This document shows positions 26,955-39,576 of a stretch of 64,000 nucleotides of DNA, piece by piece; position 1 is the first letter of the stretch, and each line of letters starts with the position of its first letter. The translations under genes were made by a program, and so were the position numbers. The stretch is from Octopus sinensis (lineage: Eukaryota). The notes under the pieces are model-generated. The model was not told where the DNA came from. It ran no database searches and saw nothing but the letters and a program-made list of their open reading frames with translations. Location: positions 93,868,001-93,932,000 of the forward strand of contig NC_043004.1 of NCBI RefSeq assembly GCF_006345805.1, given 5' to 3'.

Positions 26955-27639
26955 TACACACACACACGTAAATGAATGTTGTAAAATACGCTGTGAATAT
27001 ATGCAAATGTGTTTTGTAACTGTATGTGGAGTGAACATACACACACACACACACACGCACACATATACACACACATGTGCACACACACATGCACAGACAC
27101 ACGGACAGATACACATATTTGTATCCCTATAAGTAAACACCAATGACAAATGCATATGTATGTGTGTATATCTATGTATACTACATCTCTTTTCGTGTGT
27201 TGGGGGTGGGGTGGGGGGGGGAGCGGGAAGAAAAACAACAAGGTTTCAGCCCCGTTTCCGTTAACTAAACTTTACTCAAAAGGCACGAGACACACCAACA
27301 TCGAAAACACGTGATTCAAACACACACACACACACACACCTACAGCCCCACACATACACAATACATACATACATACATACATACATACATACATACATAC
27401 ATACATTACATACATACAAACATGGTGGTGGCTGCCCCCTCGTTATCGAGTATGGCCATTGCACGAAGCTTAATCAATGTTGTTATCGTTCAATACCTGT
27501 GCAAGAAGATTTTTTTAAAGTGAGGAAAGGTTGAGCACTGAGTCAATCCCACTCACTAAGCAACAGCAGCCATAATCCGAAAAGAAGAACAAGTCAACAT
27601 CATCGGTAACCACTGAGTCGCAGGTTTTATGTCGGAGTT

Positions 27640-27955
27640 ATCCCAGTTACCTGAGTTGCCTTCTCCTAGAAGGATGCCCTGACAAGGCTAGGAGTCCTTC
27701 ATTCCCAATGGTTTAACCGCGCGTTCAGTCCGATTATTTCTATGTCCCCTTAAGACATTTATTGGATGGCCGTTGACTCTCAAGAGTTCCTCCGCCCTTT
27801 GACGGGTTTTGTTTTTCATCCCGCAGGGTGTCCAATAAACACCCTCCTCACCAAGCGAGCTTGGTGGGGTTGCCGGTTTAGTAGCCGACGACCCGACTAT
27901 GCAACAGGTAGTACTGGGTTACATGTTACCAGTAGCACTCGAAAGTGACCTGACA
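27640..27955 (-). mobile_element. Probable RTE-type LINE 5' UTR fragment
   Basis: Minus strand has AGCCTTGTCAGGGCATCCTTCTAGGAGAAGGCAACTC and GGCGGAGGAACTCTTGAGAGTCAACGGCC, recalled as typical RTE 5' UTR motifs; no ORF follows. Confidence 0.4.
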
Positions 27956-28059
27956 TACATACATACATACATACATACATACACACACGCTAACCACAGC
28001 GGATCGATAAACGCTCCAGCATTCCCGGCAGGAAACTGCAGGTCATGAAACTGGAGCAT

Positions 28060-29345
28060 CAGATAGTTCTCGGAGGAAACTGAGGGTTCTAATGAGAAAG
28101 GAAAATATAAAGAGTTTGAAAACAAGGTATGTCGAGCTTTGGATCTTTTCACTTTGACCGGCAGATTCACTTTGACACCGCAAATTATTGTTGTTAACAA
28201 AATACGGCAGATATTGAATTCACCTCAATAGACGTCATTGATTGGTTGAAATTGCCGAAATGCAAGAAATCAAGCAACAAATAGCTTACAAACTACAGAA
28301 TTTTCTCAAGAAAGCCAAGCAGAAAAAGAAGTTTTATGTAACACTACCAGTATACGAAATGTGAAAGTGTTTAGATACATAGGAATTATTTTTAAAATCT
28401 GTCGGTCAAAGTGAAAAGATCCCGAGCTTTTTATGTAATGACATGCTCTACACTAGAGAAACTTGGAAAGTTAACAAACTCAGTATACTATACAGGAAAG
28501 GAAATAATTGGAGTGAAAGATAGTATCCGATTAGTGAAAGGAAAGTGTGGACTAAGCAGAAGGATCAGAAAAATGAAACAGTTGAGGAAGGAAAAGACCA
28601 GCCTAAGAAAGCGATGGAAATGTGCTGCGAAAGACGAAAAACCTGGCTTCTCGCTGCTGTAGGACGATTTGAAAAGGAAATGCCGTTATGTGTAACGAGA
28701 TATCCGCCGATATGAGCGACGAAAGGAAAGTAAAATTACTCGGGGTCAGTTTCTGAAGGACCCGTACGGGTTTGCTAAGCAGCTGTTCACTGAACCGAAG
28801 AGTGGCACTTTATCGTGCATAAAAGAATAATTGGACGCACATATCAAAGAAACCTACAGCGATCCGCACCGTAACCAGGCACTGCTACCTCTAAATGGAC
28901 TAAAGCATCTCTTAGAACCTGATATCGAATTTCAAATTGGGGTCATCAGGGAGAAAGAAGTGAATGATTTCGTGAGAAAAGCTAGAGCAAAGAGTGCCCC
29001 AGGAGGTGATGGCATTTCGTATAAAGTATACAAATATTGCAATCGTCTGCGAAAGAAGCTCTTCGTCCTACTCCAACAGCTGTGGCGCGAAGAGACTCTT
29101 GTAGAAGGTAGGTGTAAGCCGAAGGAGGCCAATGCAGAGACTATAAAGCAGTTTAGGCCGATATCCTTATTGAATGTGGAAGGCAAGATCTTTATGGGAA
29201 TTCTCTCGAGGAGAACTGATATATTTACAGAGTAATGGAAATGTTGATGAATCTGTTCAAAAGGCCGGAATCCCTGGGATTCCTGGATGCATTGAACACT
29301 GTTTTTTGATTTGGAAAGCGATCCAGGATGCCAAACAGAACAAGA
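28060..29345 (+). mobile_element. HERO/NeSL-like (RLE-type) non-LTR retrotransposon ORF fragment, decayed and interrupted by a MITE
   Basis: RGQFLKDPYGFAKQLFTEPKSG, HIKETYSDP, KSAPGGDGISYKVYK, FRPISLLNVEGKIF and VQKAGIPGIPGCIEH..IWKAIQDAK; in-frame stops and frameshifts; truncated before YADD. Confidence 0.8.
28141..28422. mobile_element. MITE with 26-bp TIRs and 8-bp TSD (family M1, short form)
   Basis: TIR GGATCTTTTCACTTTGACCG(G/A)CAGAT; TSD CGAGCTTT at 28133-28140 and 28423-28430; body homologous to 61145-61599. Confidence 0.92.
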
Positions 29346-29467
29346 GAAGTTTTTCTCTTAATTCATCTGAAGAAAACGTTTTTTTTTACATGATGTAATT
29401 GCTTTGTTCATCAATAAGAAACACGCCTGAAACAGATGTAGTGAATCTCAACCCATCTAGGTTATTA

Positions 29468-29551
<84 letters not shown>

Positions 29552-29622
29552 GTGTATGTGTACACGTACAGACTATCTTCACACTCTCCTTCCTATATAT
29601 ATGTGCGTTTGTGCGTGCGTGT

Positions 29623-29708
<86 letters not shown>

Positions 29709-29800
29709 CGAACTGAGTTCTTCCCTTACCTGCCTAATTTGTATTTGTACAAGTATAGTTATATCGCACAGATATATGACACTGGATGCTGACTAAAATG

Positions 29801-29990
29801 GTTTCCAATTTTGGCCCATGTCCACCAATTGTAGGGGAGAGGGAAAGTCGATTACATCGATCCCAGAGCTAACCTGGTATCGACCCCGAAAGGATGAAAG
29901 TCAAAGGCGACATCTGAACGTAATGACGAACGAAACACCACGTAGCGCTTTGTTCCGGCGTGCTAACGATTTTGTCAGCTCGTCGCCTTA
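29801..29990 (-). mobile_element. SINE B2
   Basis: CGACCCCGAAAGGATGAAAG..GCGTGCTAACGAT..CAGCTCGTCGCCTT. Confidence 0.8.
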
Positions 29991-30232
29991 ATGACGATGA
30001 CTAAAATGAATCAGTGTGTATATGTGTATGTGTATATACATGTGTGTGTGTGTGTTTGTGTTTACAGGTGTATGTTTGTATCGCTGTTAAAATAAGCAGT
30101 TGTACAAATAAATTTTTTCTCAGTACATGTTCGAGAAGCATTAAATCCGTGAAGTTAAAGCAATCCGTACTGTTACTCACAGTTGCCATGCCATGTATGC
30201 TTTTCCACAACTGTAAGATACGACGAGAATTA

Positions 30233-30624
30233 GTATTAGTAGGAGCACTCCGTCGGTTGCGACGATGAGGGTCCCAGCTGATACGATCAACGGAACAGCT
30301 TGCTCGTGATATTAACGTACAAGTGGCTGAGCACTCCACAGACACGTGTATCCTTAACGTAGTTCTCGAGGATATTCAGCGTGACACAGATTGTGACAAG
30401 GCCGGCCCTTTGAAATACAGGCACAAGAGAAACAGGAAGAAAGAGCGAGAGAAAGTTGTGGTGAAAGAGTACAGCAGGGATCACCACCATCCCCTGCCGG
30501 AGCCTCGTGGAGCTTTAGGTGTTTTCGCTCAATAAGCACTCACAATGCCCGGTCTGGGAATCGAAACCGCGAACCTCCGACCGCGAGTCCGCTGCCCTAA
30601 CCACTGGGCCATTGCGCCTCCACG
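30233..30624 (-). mobile_element. SINE A, full length, tail type A2
   Basis: A head; tail CTACGTTAAGG..CACGTGTCTGTGGAGTGCTCAGCC; 13-bp TSD ACGACGAGAATTA at 30220-30232 and 30625-30637. Confidence 0.9.
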
Positions 30625-30845
30625 ACGACGAGAATTATCTACTTTAACAAAGGTTATATTTCTTCTCGTTAGTGATTCATTTATTTTAGATTAATTGCCA
30701 GCTGAAAGAAACGTAATAGGATTAGGAGACTGATTTGCGGCGTTGATATCGTCAGCTGGGTAGATTTCGCATTCTAAAACATGTACTTTATACTCTACAA
30801 CCTGTGTTACGTATATTTTCTTCTGCTCGTTTTTAACAGCGTATC

Positions 30846-30901
<56 letters not shown>

Positions 30902-32169
30902 TTCTCTCTCTCTATCCCTTCCCCCCTCTCTCTCACTCTGGTTGCCTGTATGCGTCTCTGTTTTTATAGGCACACGTACAATCATGTATGTGTGTATGAC
31001 CATATAGGTATTATGTATGTATGTATGTATGTATGTATGTATGTATGTATGTATGTATGTATGTATGTATATATGTATGTATGTATGTATGTATATATGT
31101 ATGTATGTATGTGTGTGTGTATGTGAATGTAAGGATGTATGTGTGTATATGTGAGTATGAGTGTGTGCTTGTGTCTACGTGTGTGTTGAATTCAGCACTT
31201 GTATATGGATGGATGCATGCATGCCGAATTTATTTTGGCGTGGCATTCCGTTTGCATTACATTATAATATATTCACTATATCACTGTATCGACCAGACTA
31301 TCGGATTGCGACGATAAAGTTTTTAGTTGAAGTCGAGGGTCACCAATTGTAACGGTTAGGTTTATATTAGTGTAGTTATCAATTGTAACGGGTAAAATTG
31401 ATTAGGTACACAATATTATGAAAGGTCGGAGTTAGCAGTTGTAACGATAAAAATTTGTTGTTATAATTGCATACTGTAGGATGTGAAAGATGGACAATGC
31501 ATGAAGTTTTAAGGAAATATTTATTTACCGTTACGCTGAAAAATACCATACCTCGATGGGCAAGTTATGATAAATCCAAAAGCATGCGAAGTAAAGTTTG
31601 TGTTTGTGTCCTCTTCATTGCTTAACAGTAATTACAGAGAGAGATAGTATGATGTCGTCAGAGAACAGAATTAAAGCTAGTGAGAGTTGTAGGGTGTGGG
31701 ATGTTGTCTCACAGTTGCTGACAGTAAACTTCATTTCTCCCTCTGATCAAGGTCCTAGCTGGTCAGCCAGATTTCGTTGTCACTGAGTCGTTACCGACTG
31801 ATTTTGCTGGGGTGTTTTTGCTTTTATAACTATCCAGAAGGATTGATATATCATTGAGAACAATAGATTTAATTGGTGGTCTTGTTATCTCTATTCTAGC
31901 TTTTGGGGAAGTAGAAGAGGTTAGAAAGGGTCAAGTGGTAAAGACATTATTTCAGCCTATCTCAAGGTATCTGGAAAATGTATAACTGCTGTCAGAGAAA
32001 AACCATTGTTCCATCGTGGGAAAAGTTCTGTCGCAGTGTTAATTTAAATTTGGCTGTGGTGAATCGAATCCACTTCATACATGCTAGATCCACTACAGGA
32101 TATTGTTTTACACCGCTGGTCACAGTGCGCTTGCTCGCATTCTTATAGCTTTCAAATAGTATCATCCCT

Positions 32170-32335
32170 AACACTGGCTAAGCGCACAAACCAATAACTC
32201 TCTCGAACGGGACGCCGCAGTCCGTCGCAATCATATTTACAGCTGTGTGGACTGGAGAACGCCAAATGAAGCGTTTTGCTTAAGAATATAACACACTGTC
32301 CGGTCCGGGAATCGAAACCACGACCATACGATGAT
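32170..32335 (-). mobile_element. SINE with D-type body and A1-like tail, degraded
   Basis: Minus strand: GGTTTCGATTCCCGGACCGG..CTCCAGTCCAC..TGCGACGGACTGCGGCGTCCCG. Confidence 0.6.
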
Positions 32336-32464
32336 CCTTCAATGGAAACTATTTGGAAAATTTCACATCAGACGGACTCTAAAGATTCCCAGTTCTCTTG
32401 GATTTTTAACCATTAGTTCACTCGCTTCCCCATTATATTGTTGCATCGTAGTATATTATATGTT

Positions 32465-32745
32465 GTGAGGGCGCATGGCCTAGTGGTTAAGGTGTTGCAC
32501 CCACGATCAAGCGATTGTGATTTCAGTTCCTAGACCGGGTGGTGCGTTGTTTTCTTGAGCAAAATATTTGATCTTGTGTTGCTCTGCGATCACTTTGACA
32601 CGTGACGTGTGGGACACCGTGCACCTGTTCAAGCTACGTCTATTTGATGGAAGGAGTGAGCTAATGTGGAGCACACATTTGATCGACCACTATAAACAAA
32701 ACATTGTGCTGAACGCTCATACGTCGTCTACGACGGGAGAATCCA
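32465..32745 (+). mobile_element. SINE with D-like head and a distinct tail
   Basis: GGCGCATGGCCTAGTGGTTAAGGTGTTG..CTTGAGCAAAA, followed by a tail not seen elsewhere in the window. Confidence 0.65.
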
Positions 32746-32797
32746 TCATATCATATATTGCATTATATTATATTTTAGCTCTCTATATGATGTAATT

Positions 32798-33135
32798 GTG
32801 AAGGCGCATGGCTCAGTAGTTAGAGTGTCGAACTCACGATAGTCAGGTTGTGAGTTCGAATCCCGGACCGGGCTGCGTGTTGTGTTCTTGAGCAAGATAC
32901 TTTATTTCACGTTGCTCCAGTTGACTCAGCTATAGAAATGAGTTGCGACGTCACTGTTGCCAAGCTGTATCGGCATTTGCCTTTCCCTTGGATAACATCG
33001 GTGGCGTGGAGAGGGGACAGTGGTACGCATGGGCGATTGCTGGTCTTGCATAAACAACCCTATCCGGACTTGTGCCTGGGAGGGTAACTGTCTAGGTGCA
33101 ATCCCATGGTCATAGGTGACCGAAGTGGGTCTCCG
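32798..33135 (+). mobile_element. SINE D, full length
   Basis: tRNA-like head (B box GTTCGAATCCC), CORE-like GTGTTGTGTTCTTGAGCAAGATACTT; 11-bp TSD ATGATGTAATT at 32787-32797 and 33136-33146. Confidence 0.9.
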
Positions 33136-33651
33136 ATGATGTAATTCCACGCTTTGTTCCATTTGATTGAGTGTTGTATTATACTTTACTTGAAAATATA
33201 TTCTCTTTATAGTTGAGAAATATTTATATCTAGCCAAACATTCGTTTACACATACCAGTGTGTGAGTGTTTATGGCTGTGTGTGTGTGTGTGCAAATGCA
33301 TCATATGTAGGTTTATACGTTAGAAGAAACAGCTAGCATGCAGGCTTATATATTTATTTATTGTGCTTTGATAAACAGTCCTATGTTTTCATACATATGA
33401 CTCGCACAGTAAAATATATGTACGATGTATACACGCTAATAAATATGTGCGGTTTTAAACCATACGTACGCACATACTTTTCGTAACGCCTGGATAAATG
33501 AATACATTTCGATGAAAAAGAACAATAACAACAACAAGAACAATAGCAAGAACAATAGATACTGACAAACACAAACGGAGTATTAAGATTTGTATGTGTA
33601 TGAGCGTGTGTGTACGTACATACAACTATACACATGTAGATACATATAAAC

Positions 33652-33714
33652 ATATCTAGCTCACTCTCATTCCCTCTCTCTGTTTCTCTTGATTTCTCTG
33701 TCTGTTGGTCTCTA

Positions 33715-33763
<49 letters not shown>

Positions 33764-35153
33764 ATATTCATACGTACATACATATACACGCACACACACG
33801 CACATATAATATATGTGTGCAAGTATGTATGTATATACATGTATATATGTACGCGTGCGTGCGTAAAAGTGAAATGCTTCCAACATCTGCATCTAATCAG
33901 ACACATGCCTATTTTGCCTTGCATTGGAGGGATCTATTTTAAAATGCTTTCCTCTTTGGTCTTCTGTGTTCGGAATAGTTATTCCTAATGTCGAAACAAC
34001 TCTAAGATATGAACCGCCTACCACCTCTGCCCCAGCTGGGCCCCAGCTGTTATCGGTTAAACAAACGTCTTTAGATTTTTAAGCTATGCACATGATTTCA
34101 GACAAATAACTTGTGGTTATGTTTCTCTATTTTCTCCCTCGCGAGGGTAAAGAGAAAAAGCAGAATGTTGAAAGATAAATCTCCGTTCCCCGTTTTCATT
34201 CCAGCTCAAAATTTTTCTTTGTTTACTTATAATGCCTTTCAGCAATGACTGGTATCTAGACTGAGATTTCTTCTATTGTAATTCCAATCACATCTAGTAT
34301 TAATTAAAGACCTGTCTCTGGTCATGAATAATCATGAGACTGCTCCCAGAAATTTCCCCTCTGAGGCACAAGTCCGGGCAAGGTTTGTTTATGGAAGACC
34401 AGCAGTCGACCATACATACCAGCTTCCTCTCTCCACGCCACCGATGTTATCCAAAGAAAAGGCAAAGGCCGATACACCTTGGCACTAGTGACGTCGCAAC
34501 TCATTTCTACAGCTGAGCTGAACTGGAGCAACGTGAAATAAAGTATCTTGCTCAAGAACACAACATACAGCCCGGTCCAGGAATCGAACTCACTACCTCA
34601 TGATTGTGAGCCCGACGCTCTAACCACTGAGCCATGCACCTTCACTAGCAAGCATTATAGATGTATAAATCAACTTCAGTACTTGACAGACTGATGATCT
34701 AATTTTTCGATTCCAGAATCATTTTCCACTATCTCTCCACCTGAGGCAGAACACTCCCTAACATGAGATAGTTGCCTCCTTAATATGTATCTTTGTTATT
34801 GACACACCTCATGTTAGATTTATCAGCCGTACTCTTCGTGCTGGCTTACGGCATGTTGAAGGTTTTCTTCTCCTGGATTGATTGCTTTCACTGCAGCTAA
34901 GGAGCCCAATCTACCCTTACAAAAATCTATTTAACCCATAGATAGGACCCTGATATCTAGCTCACTCTCTCTCATTCCCTCTCTCTGTTTCTCTTGATTT
35001 CTCTGTCTGTTGGTCTCTATCTTTCTCTCTCTCTCTGTCTATATACATACGTACATACATATACACGCACACACACACACATATAATATATGTGTGCAAG
35101 TATGTATGTATATACATGTATATATGTACGCGTGCGTGCGTAAAAATGAAATG
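33652..35153. repeat. Direct duplication of ~200-225 bp (33652-33876 and 34953-35153)
   Basis: Identical unique segments; the copies differ mainly in (CT)n length. Confidence 0.9.
34315..34645 (-). mobile_element. SINE D, full length
   Basis: Reverse complement of the 32798-33135 type. Confidence 0.9.
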
Positions 35154-35521
35154 TTCGGGGTCAGCACGGTCCTATAAGTAATGGTAATTAAGGGGTGACT
35201 CCTCGTTCCCCACAACTCCAGAACTCCCGAAACTGGTGCCTCACCACAGGATGTCATACCCAGGACTCCGGAATGATGAAAGCAAATTCCACTTCGGCTT
35301 GATTTCAACTCAAAACATAAACGGCCGTAACTGAACACTGCAAAGAATTTTATCGGGTGGTCTAACTATTCAACTAATCTGCTGCTCACTTGTTAGTGAC
35401 CTGAAGGAAAAAAGCTGCTGTGTTCGAGGGACAAAAGCGCAATGTTAATTTTTACTTTTCGAATTCTGATTCAGCTGTATGTTGCTGGGAACATTTTTGT
35501 GTTGTGATTAACGCTGTCTTC

Positions 35522-35706
35522 CGAAGGCGGCGAGCTGGCAGAATATCATTAGCACGCAGGACGAAATGCCCGTTGCAACGTTCTGAGGTCAAATTCCACT
35601 GAGGTCGACTTTGACTTTCATCCTTTCGGAGTCGATAAATTAAGTACCAGCTGTGTATTTGGGTCGATCTAATCTACTGGCCTCCTGCCTCTGAATAATA
35701 AAAAAA
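35522..35706 (+). mobile_element. SINE B, short
   Basis: B head; 16-bp TSD GATTAACGCTGTCTTC at 35506-35521 and 35707-35722. Confidence 0.85.
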
Positions 35707-35753
35707 GATTAACGCTGTCTTCTGAATTGCGTAAGGTATGTGTTTTGATCAGT

Positions 35754-36000
35754 GGAGGTGCGTGGCTTAGTGGTTAAGATGTTATACTCATGATCGTAAG
35801 ATTGTGGTTTCGATTCCTAGGCCAGGTGATGCATTGTGTTCTTGAGCTTGAGCAAAGCACTTTATTTCACGATGCTCCAGTCTACTCAGCTAGCAAAAAT
35901 GAGTAATCCTGCGACGGACTGGTGTCCCGTCCTAGGTGGAGAATATATACATCATGGAAACCCAGAAACCGGCCCTTTTGACTCTGCATGCCTTGAGAAT
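35754..36000 (+). mobile_element. SINE with D-type head and CORE-like body plus A1-like tail
   Basis: TGTGTTCTTGAGC..GCACTTTATTTCAC (D) followed by CCTGCGACGGACTGGTGTCCCGTCC..GAAACCGGCCC (A1). Confidence 0.75.
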
Positions 36001-36052
36001 TACTTTACTTTTACCTTAATTACTTAATTACCTTAATTATTTTATTTTATAT

Positions 36053-36363
36053 AGAGGCACATGGCCTAGTGGTCAGAGCAACCGACTCGCGGTCGAGGTA
36101 TCGCGGGCTCGAATCTCAGACCGGGTGACGTGTGTGTTTATGAGCGAAACACCTAAGCTCCACGCGGCTCCAGCAGAAGGTAATAGCGAATTTCTGCTGA
36201 CTCTTTCGCCACAACTTTCTCTCGCTCTTTCCTCCTGCATCTTGCAGCTCACTGCGACGGACCGGCATCCCGTTCAGGTGGGGAACGTATACACCAAGGA
36301 AACCGGGAAACCGGCCCTTATGAGTCAGGTGTGGCTCGAGAAGGAACAAACAACAACAACAAC
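36053..36363 (+). mobile_element. SINE A1
   Basis: Homologous to 57057-57357; (CAA)n tail. Confidence 0.9.
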
Positions 36364-37050
36364 TTTACTTTATGTGTTTTGATTCCCTTGAGTAACAGCA
36401 TAGAAGTTTTTAAAAGAGCATTGCCTTGGCACAGTCGATAGAGCATCGAAGGAAATGCCTTATGGTATTTGTTCCAGCGCTTTACATTCTAAATTTAAAT
36501 CTCTACCGTGGTCAACTTTGCGTTCCATCCTTTCGTCGTCGATAAAATAAAGTTCTATGGATATCACTGAAGGCATTCAAGTTCCAGGTATTTCTGTTAG
36601 ACTGGACGTTGGATTTAGTCTATCTTCCAGAAAAGGGAATTGTCTACCTGTTGTTTATCAGTTTTCACATAGCTTCAGTCTACCAGCTATTACTCATCAG
36701 GCTTTGGACTGCCATAGCCTACGAGAGAAGATTTTGCCCGAAGTACCGCACAGTAGGTTTCGAACCCGAAATCATCAAGCTGTTAAGCAAACTTCTTGAC
36801 GACACAACCAAGCCCAGACCAATAGTCACACTGTAGAAATACTATGGTTGACAGACATGTAGCGTAAACCATGCAGTAAACTCACCGATCCTCATTCTTC
36901 TCCCTACCCCCTTAAACGAGTCTGCAATGAAGTTTTGATTTTAGTTTCTTGCCAATTTTTACTTTTACTACAGATACACTCGAGAAAAACGATGTCAAAG
37001 TGTCAAAAGCTCACCCAAATTTCCTTAGTATATAAAAGTTTTGTGTTTCC

Positions 37051-37312
37051 TCTTTTATATCTTTTTATCTTTTACTTGTTTCAGTCATTAGACTGCGGCC
37101 ATGCCGGGACACCGCCTTGAAGAATTCCGTTTTAAGCCTAGTACTTATTCTATCAATCTCATTTTCCGAACCGGTATTATGGGGGACATAAACACACCAA
37201 CACCGGTTATCAAGCGGTGGTGGAGAACAGGCACATGCACAAAGATACATAGATACACACACACACATAGATACACACGTGCACTTACACACATACATAC
37301 GTATCTATATGG

Positions 37313-37344
<32 letters not shown>

Positions 37345-37538
37345 ATATATATGTATATATATGTATGTATAATATGACAGGCTTCTTTCAGTTTCTATCC
37401 ACCAAATCCCCCCACAAGGCTTTGGTCAGCCCCAGGCTATTGTAGAAGGCACTTGCCCAAAGTGCCATGCAGTGGGACTAAAACCAGAACCATGTGGTTA
37501 GGAAGCAAGCCTCTCTTACCACACAGCCACACCTGCGC
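37051..37538 (-). mobile_element. SINE C, full length
   Basis: Head ..CTTACCACACAGCCAC, internal microsatellite, tail TTTACTTGTTTCAGTCA. Confidence 0.9.
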
Positions 37539-37658
37539 ATCTTAAAAAATAAAATATAAATAAAAATGTAATGTGAACAGGTGAGAGGATTTGAAACTGA
37601 GTTTAAGATGCTGTGTCATTTCTTTTTCACTTCCTTTACTCCAATAGTAAATAGTATA

Positions 37659-38083
37659 GGCGCAGGAGTGGCTGTGTGGTAAGTAGCTTGCTAACCAACC
37701 ACATGGTTCTGGGTTCAATCCCACTGTGTGGCATCTTGGGCAAGTGTCTTCTGCTATAGCCCCGGGCCGACCAATGCCTTGTGAGTGGATTTGGTAGACG
37801 GAAACTGAAAGAAGCCTGTCGTATATATGTATATATATATATATATGTGTGCGTGTGTTTGTGTGTCTGTGTTTGTCCCCCTAGCATTGCTTGACAACCG
37901 ATGCTGGTGTGTGTTTACGTCCCCGTCACTTAGCGGTTCGGCAAAAGGAGACCGATAGAATAAGTACTGGGCTTACAAAAAGAATAAGTCCCGGGGTCGA
38001 TTTGCTCGACTAAAGGCGGTGCTCCAGCATGGCCGCAGTCAAATGACTGAAACAAGTAAAAGAGTAAAAGAGTAAAGAGAGTA
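37659..38083 (+). mobile_element. SINE C, full length
   Basis: tRNA-like head, CORE-like CTTGGGCAAGTGTCTT, internal (TA/TG)n, tail (TAAAAGAG)n. Confidence 0.92.
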
Positions 38084-38410
38084 TAAAATTACAACTTCCT
38101 ATTTTCTACTCACCATTTATAACCTCGATGTTAGAAGCACAATACTATAACTGTAAACGAACATATCAATACTATGACATCCGTGTTTCATTATAAGTGT
38201 TTACTTCAAGAAAATAGAATAAGGTGCATATAAGAGATTATATTTGTGAGGATAATGATTATAGTGATGACGACGAAGACGACGACGATGATGATGATGA
38301 TGATGATGATTATGTGTACATTTCCAAGAAAGTAAGGAGTGTAGTTGTAGTTATTACAGTATATATACATATATATGTGTTTGGTGTTTATTTATATATA
38401 TATATATATA

Positions 38411-38806
38411 TACTCTCTTTTACTCTCTTTTAATTGTTTCAGTCATTTGACTGCGGCCATGCTGGAGCACCGCCTTTAGTCGAGCAAATCGACCCCGGGA
38501 CTTATTCTTTGTAAGCCCAGTACTTATTCTATCGGTCTCCTTTTGCCGAACCGCTAAGTGACGGGGACGTAAACACACCAGCATCGGTTGTCAAGTAATG
38601 CTAGGGGGACAAACACAGATACACAAGCACACACACACACACATACATATATATATATACATATATACGACAGGCTTCTTTCAGTTTCCGTCTACCAAAT
38701 CCACTCACAAGGCATTGGTCGGCCCGGGGCTATAGTAGAAGACACTTGCCCAAGATGCCACGCAGTGGGACTGAACCCGGAACCATGTGGTTGGTTAGCA
38801 AGCTAC
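38411..38806 (-). mobile_element. SINE C (head slightly truncated), followed by a second C tail at ~38810-38990
   Basis: Near-identical reverse complement of 37659-38083. Confidence 0.9.
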
Positions 38807-39185
38807 ATATTCTTTTATTCTTCTACTTGTTTCAGTCATTTGACTGCGGCCATGCTGGAGCACCGCCTTTAGTCGAACAAATCGACTCCAAGGTTTATTC
38901 TTTGTAAGCCTAGTGCTTATTCTATCAGTCTCTTTTGCCAAACCGCTAGCAAAACTCATCAACATTGATTGTAAAGCGACAGTAGGAGAACAAATGCTAC
39001 TCGGTTACATTGACCCAGTGTTCGACTGGTACTTTTTTTATCAACCTCAAAAGAATGAAAGGTAAAGTCATCCTCGGTGCAATTTGAACTCAGAGCGTAA
39101 AACCGGAAAAAATGCTGCTTAACATTTTGCCTGGGATCGTACCTATTCTTAGCGCCAGCTTACCACCTTAATAATAATAATAATA

Positions 39186-39402
39186 ATCCTTTCTGCTATA
39201 AGCACAAGACCTGAAATTTGTGGGGACGGGGTAAATTAATCACATCGACCCCAGTACATGACTGGTACTTAATTTATCAACCCCGAAAGGATGAAAGGCA
39301 AAGTCGACCTCGGCGGAATTTGAACTCAGAACGTAGCGGCAGACAAAATACCGCTAAGCATTTCGCCCGGCGTGCTAACAATTCTGCCAGCTCGCCACCA
39401 TT
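39186..39402 (-). mobile_element. SINE B2
   Basis: Full match; (AAT)n tail. Confidence 0.9.
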
Positions 39403-39479
39403 TTAATAATAATAATATATATAATAAAATAAGATTGTAATATAATAATAATAATATAATAATAATAATAATACTAATA

Positions 39480-39556
<77 letters not shown>

Positions 39557-39576
39557 AATAAATAATACTAATAATA

